DNA from: Candidatus Pacearchaeota archaeon
GTDB lineage: Archaea; Nanobdellota; Nanobdellia; Pacearchaeales; GW2011-AR1
Assembly (NCBI GenBank): GCA_018304105.1
Contig: JAGVWX010000018.1
Location: 13,336-77,335 of the forward strand
Reading direction: 5' to 3'
Length of the DNA: 64,000 nucleotides
In this document: positions 17,664 to 25,985 of the stretch, one piece after another
Position numbering within the stretch: the stretch's first letter is position 1
Layout of the letters: every line of letters begins with the position of its first letter
Made by a program: the position numbers and the translations under genes
The notes under the pieces: model-generated
Seen by the model: only the letters and a program-made list of their open reading frames with translations
Databases searched by the model: none
Told to the model about the DNA's origin: nothing

Positions 17664-18092
17664 CTACCATGTCCTGTTCTTTACATACCAGAATTTAGTC
17701 TTTAAGGTATTCTTTGTATAATCTATCAGCTCTTTGGATGCTTTAATTTTCTTTAGAAATTTAACCTGCTCTGCAACACATAAGGTTTCGTGTTTTGCCA
17801 TATTCCCTTTTCTCCAAGGCAGATTCTTTATTGTGTGCAAATAATAGTGATGGATGTCATGAACTATCGCACTTGCATACCATTCCAATGAATTGAAAGC
17901 GTTTTTATTGCTTACATCGAACTGGGCCTTCTCGAGTATCATGCCCGAGATTTGTGCAGATTTTATTTTCCTTAAGTATTTTTTAATTTTGTTGAAATCG
18001 TTTTTACTTTTCCCTTTGATTAAATCTAAGGCTTTTACTGTTTGTTCTTGAAATTTTTTAGAACCTATGATGTTAATGTTATTGTATCTCAT
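17664..18092 (-). CDS. Hypothetical protein (HDIHHYYLH motif)
   Basis: ORF only; a possible metal-binding His cluster. Confidence 0.4.
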   Translation of the reverse strand: MRYNNINIIGSKKFQEQTVKALDLIKGKSKNDFNKIKKYLRKIKSAQISGMILEKAQFDVSNKNAFNSLEWYASAIVHDIHHYYLHTIKNLPWRKGNMAKHETLCVAEQVKFLKKIKASKELIDYTKNTLKTKFWYVKNRTW

Positions 18093-18121
18093 TGATATCT
18101 GAAAGAGAAGAAGGTTATAAA

Positions 18122-18673
18122 TTATTTCTTTAGAGCCATTCTGTGGAAGCCCGGATCTTTGGCTTTTGTCAGGTGCTTCTGTGATTTTGATTCTTGCTTG
18201 GCTTCTCTTTCTCTGAAATCTGCGACGGATTGCTCTTTTTCTTTTTCGTCTTTCTTTTGTTCTTCTGTTTTTTCTTCTTTTTTTTCAACTTCTTCTTTCT
18301 TTTCTTCGACTTTTGGTTTTTCAGAAGGCTTGTTTAGTCTTTCTTTCTTTGCTTTTTCGAACTTAACAAATTCCGGAAGTTCGGCGAGCTCGACTCTTAC
18401 CATTCCATTTGATTCTTTAATTGCTCTGACTTTTATTCTGGCTGGAGGTTTTTTCTTTCCTTTGAACCAGACTTCCTGATTTAGCCATTGGTCTAGTTTG
18501 ACTTTAGAAACGTCTCTGTCTGAAACTTTCATGTGCTTAGCGATAAATTTCTTAATTGTCTTTATTGCCTTGCCAGCTCGTTCGTAGTTCGCTCCTTTTC
18601 TCCATTCGTTTCTTAATGGAATTATGTATTCTCTTTCGAGTTCAACTTTTGTTGTAACTGTTTTTTCTGCCAT
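18122..18673 (-). CDS. rpl31e: Ribosomal protein eL31 with a ~90-aa Lys/Glu-rich C-terminal extension
   Basis: EREYIIPLRNEWRKGANYERAGKAIKTIKKFIAKHMK...LNQEVWFKGKKKPPARIKVRA. Confidence 0.85.
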   Translation of the reverse strand: MAEKTVTTKVELEREYIIPLRNEWRKGANYERAGKAIKTIKKFIAKHMKVSDRDVSKVKLDQWLNQEVWFKGKKKPPARIKVRAIKESNGMVRVELAELPEFVKFEKAKKERLNKPSEKPKVEEKKEEVEKKEEKTEEQKKDEKEKEQSVADFREREAKQESKSQKHLTKAKDPGFHRMALKK

Positions 18674-18978
18674 TATCTTACTTCCTCAAAGACTAGTTTA
18701 GGTTCTGCTACTTCAGCTATGGTCTTGGTTGCCGCGTCTCTTGCAGCATCGGTTCCGAAAACTTCAAGTTGATAATCTGCTCTTGAACCATAATGATTTA
18801 ATGTGGTATCTTGAAAATGAAAAACGCGGCTAGACTCACTTCTTATAGAGTTATAGGCGTCTGTTACAGCCACAATATTTGCTACGGTTAAAAGGCGCGA
18901 ACCTAATTTATCGTTAAGCTTTTGTCTTTCTTGGTCTGAGGCTGCTTGAATTCTGTATTTTGCTACTTGTTGTGCCAT
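18673..18978 (-). CDS. Orphan 101-aa protein wedged between eL39 and eL31
   Basis: Fills the gap exactly: its stop shares a base with the eL31 start, and it starts 1 nt after the eL39 stop. No recognisable motif. Confidence 0.5.
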   Translation of the reverse strand: MAQQVAKYRIQAASDQERQKLNDKLGSRLLTVANIVAVTDAYNSIRSESSRVFHFQDTTLNHYGSRADYQLEVFGTDAARDAATKTIAEVAEPKLVFEEVR

Positions 18979-18979
18979 T

Positions 18980-19180
18980 TTATCCTAGATGCTCCTTCTT
19001 TGCCTTTCTTGGAAGGATTTTTAGTTTGGTTCGCCTCCAGTGGCGCCTTTGTTTTGTGATTGCGCTCGGGTGAGACCTATGACCGGAGCCGAATTTTCTG
19101 ATTACTGCCCAAAATGGCGCCCATTTTGTTCTTCGAGTTGCGACAGCAAGCTTTGTTTTTTTCTGAGTTGTTTCCGGCAT
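18980..19180 (-). CDS. rpl39e: Ribosomal protein eL39
   Basis: RRTKWAPFWAVIRKF...HPSAITKQRRHWRRTKLKI; start taken at MPETTQKK. Confidence 0.8.
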   Translation of the reverse strand: MPETTQKKTKLAVATRRTKWAPFWAVIRKFGSGHRSHPSAITKQRRHWRRTKLKILPRKAKKEHLG

Positions 19181-19181
19181 T

Positions 19182-19604
19182 TTATTTGCCTCCTCTTGAT
19201 GCAACACTTTCTAAGAATGCCTTGCCTGTTTCAGTCAATTGCCTGCCAGACTTCTTTGGAGTTTTAACTTTTTCAACAAAGCCCGCTTTTTCCGCTTGCT
19301 GCAAACTCAACCGAATCATTTTTCCTGCGCCTTTCCTGAATTCTGGAGGTCTTTGGCCTCTGTCTTTTCTTCCGCCGTATCTAGTTCGAAGCCTTTCAAC
19401 ACCGACTATTCCTTTGATATAAATTTGTCTTAAAATGCTTGCAGAACGCTTATACCAGAAGTCTTCTTCTACAGTTGAACGAGTTTTATGAACTGATGTT
19501 TTAACAAAGTCTACCCATTCCGGTTTTTCAAATTCTTTAATTGATTTCAATGCTTCGGCTAATGCTTTGTTGTATTTCTCTGATTGAATCTCTCTGATGT
19601 CCAT
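19182..19604 (-). CDS. rps19e: Ribosomal protein eS19
   Basis: PEWVDFVKTSVHK...DFWYKRSASILRQIYIKGIVGVERLRTRYGGRKDRGQRP. Confidence 0.85.
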   Translation of the reverse strand: MDIREIQSEKYNKALAEALKSIKEFEKPEWVDFVKTSVHKTRSTVEEDFWYKRSASILRQIYIKGIVGVERLRTRYGGRKDRGQRPPEFRKGAGKMIRLSLQQAEKAGFVEKVKTPKKSGRQLTETGKAFLESVASRGGK

Positions 19605-19699
19605 TTTGAAGTAACGTGAAACTAGGTAAAAAGATTGCCTTATAAATATTGTTATTTAGTTGTTCAATTGTAGTATACGAAAATTAGTTCACTGGATGA

Positions 19700-19933
19700 T
19701 TATCTTTCTTTTGCAACAACTTCTGCTAACTTACCTTCTTTAAAATCGAAAACGTTTCGGGCAGCTTTTATCGGTGCGATTAACATATCGTCACCTAATG
19801 TTGGTATTGTTTCTCCTTTGAAATATGCTCTCCAAATATAAGGGGGATTAGTCTCTGTCCGTATGGCTACATGTGTAACTCCTTCTTGATTTGGATTCCA
19901 TCCTTCATAAATTACTTGTATTTTATTTGCCAT
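19700..19933 (-). CDS. Hypothetical 77-aa protein
   Basis: ORF only. Confidence 0.4.
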   Translation of the reverse strand: MANKIQVIYEGWNPNQEGVTHVAIRTETNPPYIWRAYFKGETIPTLGDDMLIAPIKAARNVFDFKEGKLAEVVAKER

Positions 19934-19991
19934 GATATTTTCTTAAAGAATCTCTATTTAAACTTTTCTTTCTTGTCCTTATAATATACGA

Positions 19992-20222
19992 TTATTTAAT
20001 TAAAATAATCGTATAACCCAAGATTCTATAATTTTTTACTGGCAAGCTTTCTTTTAATTTGACGGCCATCTTGCTGAGCTCTTCGCGGTTTCGACACGCA
20101 GATTTGAGAACTGATACCCTAACTTGCTTGTGGTACTTTAAGTCCTGGGAAAGGGATTGTAAGACTCCTTCTGTGAGACCGTTCTTACCGATTTGAAATT
20201 TTGATAGTGTTGGATTAGGCAT
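19992..20222 (-). CDS. CRS1/YhbY-type RNA-binding protein
   Basis: FQIGKNGLTEGVLQSLSQDLKYHKQVRVSVLKS fits the iGK.Glt...L...elvKv pattern. Confidence 0.55.
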   Translation of the reverse strand: MPNPTLSKFQIGKNGLTEGVLQSLSQDLKYHKQVRVSVLKSACRNREELSKMAVKLKESLPVKNYRILGYTIILIK

Positions 20223-20802
20223 TTTTGCTCACAATTGAAATTCCTCCGGGCGGAAGCGCGGACAATAGTTCTTCTTGAGAGAAATTTTTGTCCAGAAGAA
20301 CATGAAACTTTGGAAGCATTTCTGTTTTGTCAATTTTTCCCGGTTTGATTTTGAGAAGGACGTCTTTTTTGTTTTTTACTGAAAGTTCCGGAACTGCTCT
20401 CAAGATTTTTTCCTGAATTGCCAAGACGAGTTCTAACTGAACGGTCATTTGTTTAGCTTTTCCTTTGACGCCCCAGGTACCGGATTTCATTGATTTGGAT
20501 TTGTATAAATCAGAAAGTGAGAAAATGTTAACATTTGCTTTTTTGTTTTGCTCACGCCATTTTCTGCTAAAGCAACCTGTGAAAACCGTTGCTTCTTCGA
20601 TGTCTCTTTCAGATACTTCAGAAGGGTCTGACAAAATGACTGAAAATGGGCTTCCTGGAGAAGAAGTGTGCATGACAATGTAATTCTTTCTTGTTTTTTT
20701 TAGTTTTATCAAGAGTTCATCGTTTTGCGTCGAGGATTTACCGCCAACTACTAGCTTTCCAGACAAAGTGTAAAACCAACGATATTTTTTATAATCTTCC
20801 AT
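20215..20802 (-). CDS. NFACT-R (DUF814) domain protein
   Basis: YTLSGKLVVGGKSSTQNDELL...YIVMHTSSPGSPFSVIL fits the DUF814 core. Confidence 0.55.
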   Translation of the reverse strand: MEDYKKYRWFYTLSGKLVVGGKSSTQNDELLIKLKKTRKNYIVMHTSSPGSPFSVILSDPSEVSERDIEEATVFTGCFSRKWREQNKKANVNIFSLSDLYKSKSMKSGTWGVKGKAKQMTVQLELVLAIQEKILRAVPELSVKNKKDVLLKIKPGKIDKTEMLPKFHVLLDKNFSQEELLSALPPGGISIVSKNA

Positions 20803-20836
20803 AGAACGAAAAAACGAGGGGAGTTTTTAAGGTTAA

Positions 20837-21466
20837 CTAATTCGAGAAAATTCCACCGCTGATTATTTGAACTCTGAAACTAGCAGAGGCTATTTCATTA
20901 GAACCTGTGTGATCCATGTCGTAAGTATGAATTTTGTATTTTTGTGTACATGGCGGAGCATCTTCGGCTGCTTCAAAAAATAAAATACTCATTCCGTCTG
21001 GACCCTCTTCGTCATCAAATGATGATGGCGTAGTCCACTTATTTCCATTTTGGTTAAACTGGAAACCTTCAATAGATAGGCCTATGCACTCTACCGAACT
21101 CGTTTTCTCTAAAGCGAATGTCAATCTTCTTGTTGAAGCACTTGCTGTTGGAGCTCCCGGGGCCGGTTCTGTCTTTCCACCAATTCCTATGCCTACCTTG
21201 TCTCCTTGTTTAATCTTAGCTAATTTGTCTGCACCCAGCCTTACCGCGATTTTTGAACCTTCTTCCGAAAACAAACTCGTTATCTCGCCCTTTACTTTAT
21301 CATTCAAAGTATCTACGCTGCTAGTTGCGCCACTAAAAATATTTCTAACAAGAACTACCCCCATAATCAGCATGGTCATTGCCAGAACAATTATTACGAC
21401 TGTTCCGATTGAAAGCTCGATTGCTGCTTTTTTGTTTTTCATTGGGGAAAATTTATTGAGAGCCAT
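20837..21466 (-). CDS. Type IV pilin-like protein (class III signal peptide)
   Basis: MKNKKAAIELSIGTVVIIVLAMTMLIMGVVLV: short basic leader, small residue, then a hydrophobic helix with Glu. The ATG at 21442 is likely the true start. Confidence 0.55.
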   Translation of the reverse strand: MALNKFSPMKNKKAAIELSIGTVVIIVLAMTMLIMGVVLVRNIFSGATSSVDTLNDKVKGEITSLFSEEGSKIAVRLGADKLAKIKQGDKVGIGIGGKTEPAPGAPTASASTRRLTFALEKTSSVECIGLSIEGFQFNQNGNKWTTPSSFDDEEGPDGMSILFFEAAEDAPPCTQKYKIHTYDMDHTGSNEIASASFRVQIISGGIFSN

Positions 21467-21761
21467 AGAGTCCTCCGTATTGAGACAGATATTCTGGATT
21501 TTTCATTAACCATGCAAAGAATATCCATGTTAAGATATTCAAAATTATGTCTAAGATTCCAAGAATTTTGCCGGCTTTGCTCCATCCGTTTTTCCAAACT
21601 TTATTTTGCTTGTTAGCAAAGACAAGAGCGATAATTCCAGAAATTATTCCGTATAATGGAATTGGAGATAAGAGTCCAACGATGCCTAATACCGCAGACG
21701 CAACACCATAACTATTATGGTTGGCTTTAGAATTTTCTTCTTTCTTTACCTCTTTTGCCAT
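21453..21761 (-). CDS. Small membrane protein (DUF4190-like)
   Basis: SAVLGIVGLLSPIPLYGIISGIIALVFANKQNK. Confidence 0.5.
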   Translation of the reverse strand: MAKEVKKEENSKANHNSYGVASAVLGIVGLLSPIPLYGIISGIIALVFANKQNKVWKNGWSKAGKILGILDIILNILTWIFFAWLMKNPEYLSQYGGLYGSQ

Positions 21762-21795
21762 AGTGGATTTAAGAAAGAGTCTTTTATAAAACTTT

Positions 21796-22101
21796 TTATT
21801 TCACGCCAAACGTGCTTGCGTGTTCGAACCGGTGTTTTAGGTCGGCTCTTTTTCTAAGATGACGGTAAAAACCATAAAGCAATATCGTAACGCTGAAGAA
21901 TGCGATTGCGAGGTTGTATTTCAAAGCCAGAATCAACGGAATGAAAGAAAGCAAGATGTAAATAATTGTGTCCGTATCTGAACGAAGCAGAACTATTTGA
22001 TGTAACAGTTTGAGTTCGGGAGAGAGCATTTGATATTTTGTTAAAAAATCCCAGTCATCAATTTTTTTAGGCTCTTCTTTAGAAAGTTCTCTTTTGGGCA
22101 T
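21796..22101 (-). CDS. Small membrane protein
   Basis: Two hydrophobic helices. Confidence 0.45.
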   Translation of the reverse strand: MPKRELSKEEPKKIDDWDFLTKYQMLSPELKLLHQIVLLRSDTDTIIYILLSFIPLILALKYNLAIAFFSVTILLYGFYRHLRKRADLKHRFEHASTFGVK

Positions 22102-22203
22102 GAAAATTATTTGTTTAGGATGTTTTTAAGGATATATGAAGTTGAAAGGATATTCGTTTCTTGATGATTTATGGTGTTCGGTTCTCTGAACCTGCATAGG
22201 GAA

Positions 22204-22283
22204 ATATAAAATCGGAACGTTGATTTTACATAGGAGTTCGTTCATTGAACTCATATAAAATCGGAACGTTGATTTTACATAGG
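22204..22283 (+). repeat. Perfect 31-bp direct repeat (atataaaatcggaacgttgattttacatagg) at 22204-22234 and 22253-22283
   Basis: Read directly. The second copy carries a TATA-like box and runs into the first 2 nt of tRNA-Phe. Confidence 0.9.
22253..22260 (+). promoter_or_regulatory. Candidate TATA box for tRNA-Phe
   Basis: atataaaa lies about 22 bp upstream of the mature tRNA 5' end. Confidence 0.35.
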
Positions 22284-22353
22284 GAAGGTAGCTCAGTGGG
22301 AGAGCACACGACTGAAGCTCGTGGTGTCGGGGGTTCGATTCCCTCTCTTCCCA
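22282..22353 (+). tRNA. tRNA-Phe (GAA), no encoded CCA
   Basis: Cloverleaf folded by hand: acceptor gggaagg/tcttccc, D gctc/gagc, anticodon stem cacga/tcgtg with loop ctGAAgc, T arm ggggg-ttcgatt-ccctc. Confidence 0.9.
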
Positions 22354-22412
22354 TCAAAAAGATTTAAGGGGGAATAGAGAATCTAACCCCGATACTCACT
22401 CTGTTCGCATAA

Positions 22413-22484
22413 GGGTTCGATTCCCTCGGATGCAAACTTGTTTGCGTTCGAATGAGAAATCTTGGATTTCGCTTTCTCTTCCCA
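22413..22484 (+). pseudogene. Split duplicate of the tRNA-Phe 3' end
   Basis: gggttcgattccctc (22413-22427) is followed by a ~48-nt spacer, then tctcttccca (22475-22484). The first piece is 15/15 identical to the T arm of the tRNA and the second matches its 3' acceptor strand. No matching 5' half could be folded. Confidence 0.5.
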
Positions 22485-22505
22485 TTTCGGGAATCGAACG
22501 AGAAA

Positions 22506-22763
22506 TTAAAAACTAACTTGCGTGCTATCTAATAATAATTGCATCCAACACTCCCTGTAATGCCCTCTTTCTTTGTCGGTTCTTGCTGTTCTGTATTCCA
22601 TTGTCGCGAGAGTTGCACGCAGAATCATTTCAGAATCGTCAGCTTCACCAGTTATTCTTCTTATCGTTGAACATACTGGATTTTCTTCATTAGATAAATA
22701 TCCTCTTCCGTTTGTTACTGCAGATTCAACGTGTCGCTGTACTTGTGTTTGTCTTCTATTCAT
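22506..22763 (-). CDS. Hypothetical 85-aa protein
   Basis: ORF only; starts 10 nt from the RNase P RNA 3' end. Confidence 0.3.
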   Translation of the reverse strand: MNRRQTQVQRHVESAVTNGRGYLSNEENPVCSTIRRITGEADDSEMILRATLATMEYRTARTDKERGHYRECWMQLLLDSTQVSF

Positions 22764-22772
22764 GGATTGAAA

Positions 22773-23078
22773 GTGTGAGTCAGAAATAGGCCAGGTTCTG
22801 TCGAATCTCGTTCTCTTGCGAGACGAACGATTCGTGCTAGCATCTGTCTAAGCCCGCGGCTTTGGCGGTTGCTTCATCCTGTCTTGCTCTTCTTCGATTC
22901 CCGCATGGTTCATTTCTCGGAGCAAGCGGTGGCGTTTCTGTTCCAGAGCTGTGCCTCGCGACACTCGGCCTTTCGACCGATCGCTTCTTGTGATGCCCGG
23001 ACCTTCCTCAGAACGAAAACTTATAAGAGTCTTCGTCAATTTAATGACACGTTCCGAAGCCAGCTATCTGACTCACGA
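22773..23078 (-). ncRNA. rnpB: RNase P RNA
   Basis: The minus strand reads GAGGAAGGUCCGGGC (CR-I), GGAACAGAAACGCC, UAGACAGAUGCUAGC and CGACAGAACCUGGCCUAU (CR-V). The terminal helix P1 is GUGAGUCAGA (5') pairing with UCUGACUCAC (3'). Confidence 0.85.
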
Positions 23079-23135
23079 TAGAACTGATTTGTTGAGGTTT
23101 TTAAGGCTTTTGATTTTGGAAAAGTCAAGAACATT

Positions 23136-23897
23136 TCACCTATAAAAAATCCAAAACCCGCTCAATATTATTAGAGGCAACACGACCTGAATTAGTAAAT
23201 AAACTATCAAAATCCAAACCCAGATGCTTAGTCCTTTCCTTTGCGCTTTGCCTGTTTGTGTTCCTCCGGCAAGGACATTCTGCTCTTGGGGATGCTTGTG
23301 CGTGTAAAGTTTGTAGAATATAATTACTAAGATACTCAAGGTTCCATCAATAATTCCGACGGCTCCTAGAATCCGATAATAAAGCTCTCCGATAACCATG
23401 AGGGAATCGGTTATGTAAATTACGGGCAGCAGCATTAATACGACAAGCCCTATAAACACATAGTTAAGATATATCATTACATCCAGATAGTTTTCTTTAT
23501 CCAATGCTTTAGACAAAATATTGGAATGGAGCGAGGCGAAACCGATGACGAAGTAGGTTTGGTATAAATTCCAGACCGTATGGGTGGGAATTAACTTCCA
23601 TATTCCAAGAATGGAAGTAATAAAACTCAAAACGATAATCAGAAACAAGACGTTAGTAAAGAAGGTTAGTCGTTCGAAGGTGTCCTGCCTGGAGTCGTCC
23701 CATATGAAAGCTAGACTGATTAGAGAATGAACGATGACCATCAAAAGAGTGAACAGCGTCCTCATGGCTGTCTGATTAAACTCTCCAATAAGAACAGTAA
23801 TTATGGCAACTACAGCAGAAATAATTAAAGCCCCAATCAGATTAAGGAGAAAGAATCTTTTGAATTCTTTAAAGTACACCATGGTGAATAGGGTCAT
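23136..23897 (-). CDS. Multi-pass membrane protein
   Basis: Seven or more hydrophobic helices. Confidence 0.6.
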   Translation of the reverse strand: MTLFTMVYFKEFKRFFLLNLIGALIISAVVAIITVLIGEFNQTAMRTLFTLLMVIVHSLISLAFIWDDSRQDTFERLTFFTNVLFLIIVLSFITSILGIWKLIPTHTVWNLYQTYFVIGFASLHSNILSKALDKENYLDVMIYLNYVFIGLVVLMLLPVIYITDSLMVIGELYYRILGAVGIIDGTLSILVIIFYKLYTHKHPQEQNVLAGGTQTGKAQRKGLSIWVWILIVYLLIQVVLPLIILSGFWIFYR

Positions 23898-24021
23898 TGA
23901 AGATTGTTTAAATATTTATCTGAATCGACGAACATGGCAAACCTCTTCGAAGCTGATATCGCTGCTGGATTGACTACCGAACAGAAACTATAAAAAGGAG
24001 AATTCTTTTAATATTTAGAAG

Positions 24022-25062
24022 ATGGTGAATCAAGATATAGTTAAATATCTGGAAGAAGGAAAGAGAAGAGGGTTTTCTATACAATTATTGAAAAGAAAGC
24101 TTTTGGAGGGCGGGTTTCAGGAAAGAGATGTTGACGATGCGATTGGCGCGATGAACGTTCCGCAAGTAGTTGTCTCGGACAAGATTGACCTCTTTGATAA
24201 ATCGCAAGATGATAAATATTCTAATCAGCCGCAAACTTCGATGCAACAGCCATCTAATCAAACTCAAATAGTTACAAAGCCATTGCAGGGAATTCAGCAA
24301 AAGAAAGAAGTTGATCTGAGCGAAAAAAAAAGTTACGTGAGAAATGGCACCGAAGGAAAGTGGATGAAAATAGGGGGAATACTTGGAATCGTAACTTTGC
24401 TGGTTCTCGTTGTTTTTGTTGCCATTAATTTTTTGGCAAATGAGTTTCTTATGAATTTGATAAAAAACAATTTAACTGTTTTGATTTTAGCGACCGTGCT
24501 TGTGTTAGTTTTCTCTATCTATAAATATTCATTTGTCGTCGCTGGGAAAAGAACTAACCAGGGTGCCTTGGTTCTGGGCTCGTGGCTTTCCATAATTTCG
24601 TGGGTACTTTATTTAGCGCTTGCTGTCATCGCAGGCTTATTTGTTTATGAACAGGCGATTAATTTCTTCAGTGGAACTGACGATGGTGGTTCATATAAGA
24701 TTGTGTTCTTAATTTTAGCGATATTATGGGTTGTTGCCTTGCTGTTGCATGTTGTAGGAATGATTCTTAGTTCGATTGGAATGACTAAAGCTGGAAGGGG
24801 AATTAGATTTTTGAATGTCGCTGGAATAGTTAACATTTTAGTATTCATTTGCGGACTTGGCTTCCTGGCAGGGATTATAATTTTTGATTATAACGTACTT
24901 AATGCATTTTCGACCACCAGCGCCGGCTTAAGCGGAGAAAATTCGATAATGGGCACTGCAACCATTGCAATATACTCTTTGATTGGATTGGTTGCTCTGA
25001 AAGCTATCGCGATGATATTTGAGATTGTTGGGTTGTTTGATGCGAGTAGGAAGTTTGAGTAA
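24022..25062 (+). CDS. Membrane protein with a soluble N-terminal helical domain
   Basis: N-terminus DIVKYLEEGKRRGFSIQLLKRKLLEGGFQERDVDDAI, then a Gln-rich linker and 6 or more TM helices. Confidence 0.6.
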   Translation: MVNQDIVKYLEEGKRRGFSIQLLKRKLLEGGFQERDVDDAIGAMNVPQVVVSDKIDLFDKSQDDKYSNQPQTSMQQPSNQTQIVTKPLQGIQQKKEVDLSEKKSYVRNGTEGKWMKIGGILGIVTLLVLVVFVAINFLANEFLMNLIKNNLTVLILATVLVLVFSIYKYSFVVAGKRTNQGALVLGSWLSIISWVLYLALAVIAGLFVYEQAINFFSGTDDGGSYKIVFLILAILWVVALLLHVVGMILSSIGMTKAGRGIRFLNVAGIVNILVFICGLGFLAGIIIFDYNVLNAFSTTSAGLSGENSIMGTATIAIYSLIGLVALKAIAMIFEIVGLFDASRKFE

Positions 25063-25071
25063 AATTTAAAA

Positions 25072-25305
25072 TTATCTTTTCTTTTGGAATAAACTCCAGA
25101 TGGTATAAACTAAAATTATTGTCAAAATATTGACCGTCCAAAAAGCCAATTGATTGAGGGAATAAAACGCTTCAAACTGATTGCTAGCTTTAATTAAAAA
25201 TAAATCTGGAAATGAATTAGCTAAAAACATATTAAGTAAAAATCCGAGGATAAATCCCAAAACAATGGACAAAGGGGTTTTCAACCAAGTTGGTTTAAAA
25301 TTCAT
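25072..25305 (-). CDS. Small membrane protein
   Basis: Two or three TM helices. Confidence 0.4.
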   Translation of the reverse strand: MNFKPTWLKTPLSIVLGFILGFLLNMFLANSFPDLFLIKASNQFEAFYSLNQLAFWTVNILTIILVYTIWSLFQKKR

Positions 25306-25867
25306 ATTGAATTTAAGTTTTTATTTGATATAAATCTTGCGATGACTTCAAATCTGTTAGAAAAGATAAAAATCAAAATAAAGCGATTGCGTAACAATTT
25401 CATAATTCCACTTTTGCTGCGGCAAAATCAAAATAAAGCAAGTAGGAGAGAAAAGCAGAGCTTTTCATTCGACCGCCAATAAATTGTCAGTCGAAAGGCA
25501 ATCGTCTCCGGAATTGGAAGCGATTTTATTTTTAATTAAGGCTTTTAGTAGTTGAGTGCTTAAATTCTCGTTGCCTTGAATCTTACACACCAACTCTATC
25601 AACGTCATCTTCTATGACGGCCTTAGTTGTCTCGTTTTGCGGACGGCTTCGTTCTTAGATGCTTTCAGAACTTATCCGCTCACTGCGTAGCTACCCGGCC
25701 TGCTCATAACAACCGGTACACCAGAGGCAGCCAACCCCCGTTCCTCTCGTACTAAAGGGTCGTTCCACTCAGACAACAGCACTCCTAGTAGATATCATAC
25801 AAACTGTCTCACGTACTTGACCTCTATCTTTCGATAAAGAGTGGACTATACCTTCATCCTTTCTTGT

Positions 25868-25985
25868 AAATTGCCTAAATTATCATACGCTCGCTCCGCT
25901 CGCTTAAAATTATTTAACCAACTTTTGAAAGTTAAGTTATGATAACTTAGCGAATGAAATGAGCTACAATAATATTGGCTATTTT
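25868..25985. repeat. Intron-borne repeat module, copy 1
   Basis: aaattgcctaaattatcatacgctcgctccgctcgct...ttttgaaagttaagttatgataacttagcgaatgaaatgagc...ttggctatttt; contains internal inverted repeats. Confidence 0.85.

Noticed and set aside
22204-22283. The 31-bp direct repeat considered as a CRISPR array.
   Set aside because: There are only two copies, the 18-bp spacer is far too short, no cas genes are present, and the repeat carries the tRNA promoter region.
22354-22500. A possible second, intron-containing or split tRNA downstream of tRNA-Phe.
   Set aside because: Only the T arm and 3' acceptor strand are present. I could not find a 5' acceptor strand, D arm or anticodon arm in the preceding 60 nt. 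The minus-strand gggaatcgaac at about 22489 has no pairing T stem. It is kept as a fragment or scar rather than a gene.
22848-23145. Track ORFs 22848..23039 (-), 22869..23081 (+) and 22951..23145 (+).
   Set aside because: They lie entirely within the RNase P RNA, whose CR-I/CR-V motifs and terminal helix are clear. Their Arg/Ser-rich translations are typical of spurious ORFs in a structured GC-rich RNA.
25306-25540. Duplicated aaaatcaaaataaagc motif downstream of the 23S 3' end, considered as a possible regulatory repeat.
   Set aside because: It is a short AT-rich 16-mer with two copies in an AT-rich spacer. It is most simply part of the rRNA 3' trailer or processing stem, and I could not establish pairing with the 5' leader by eye.
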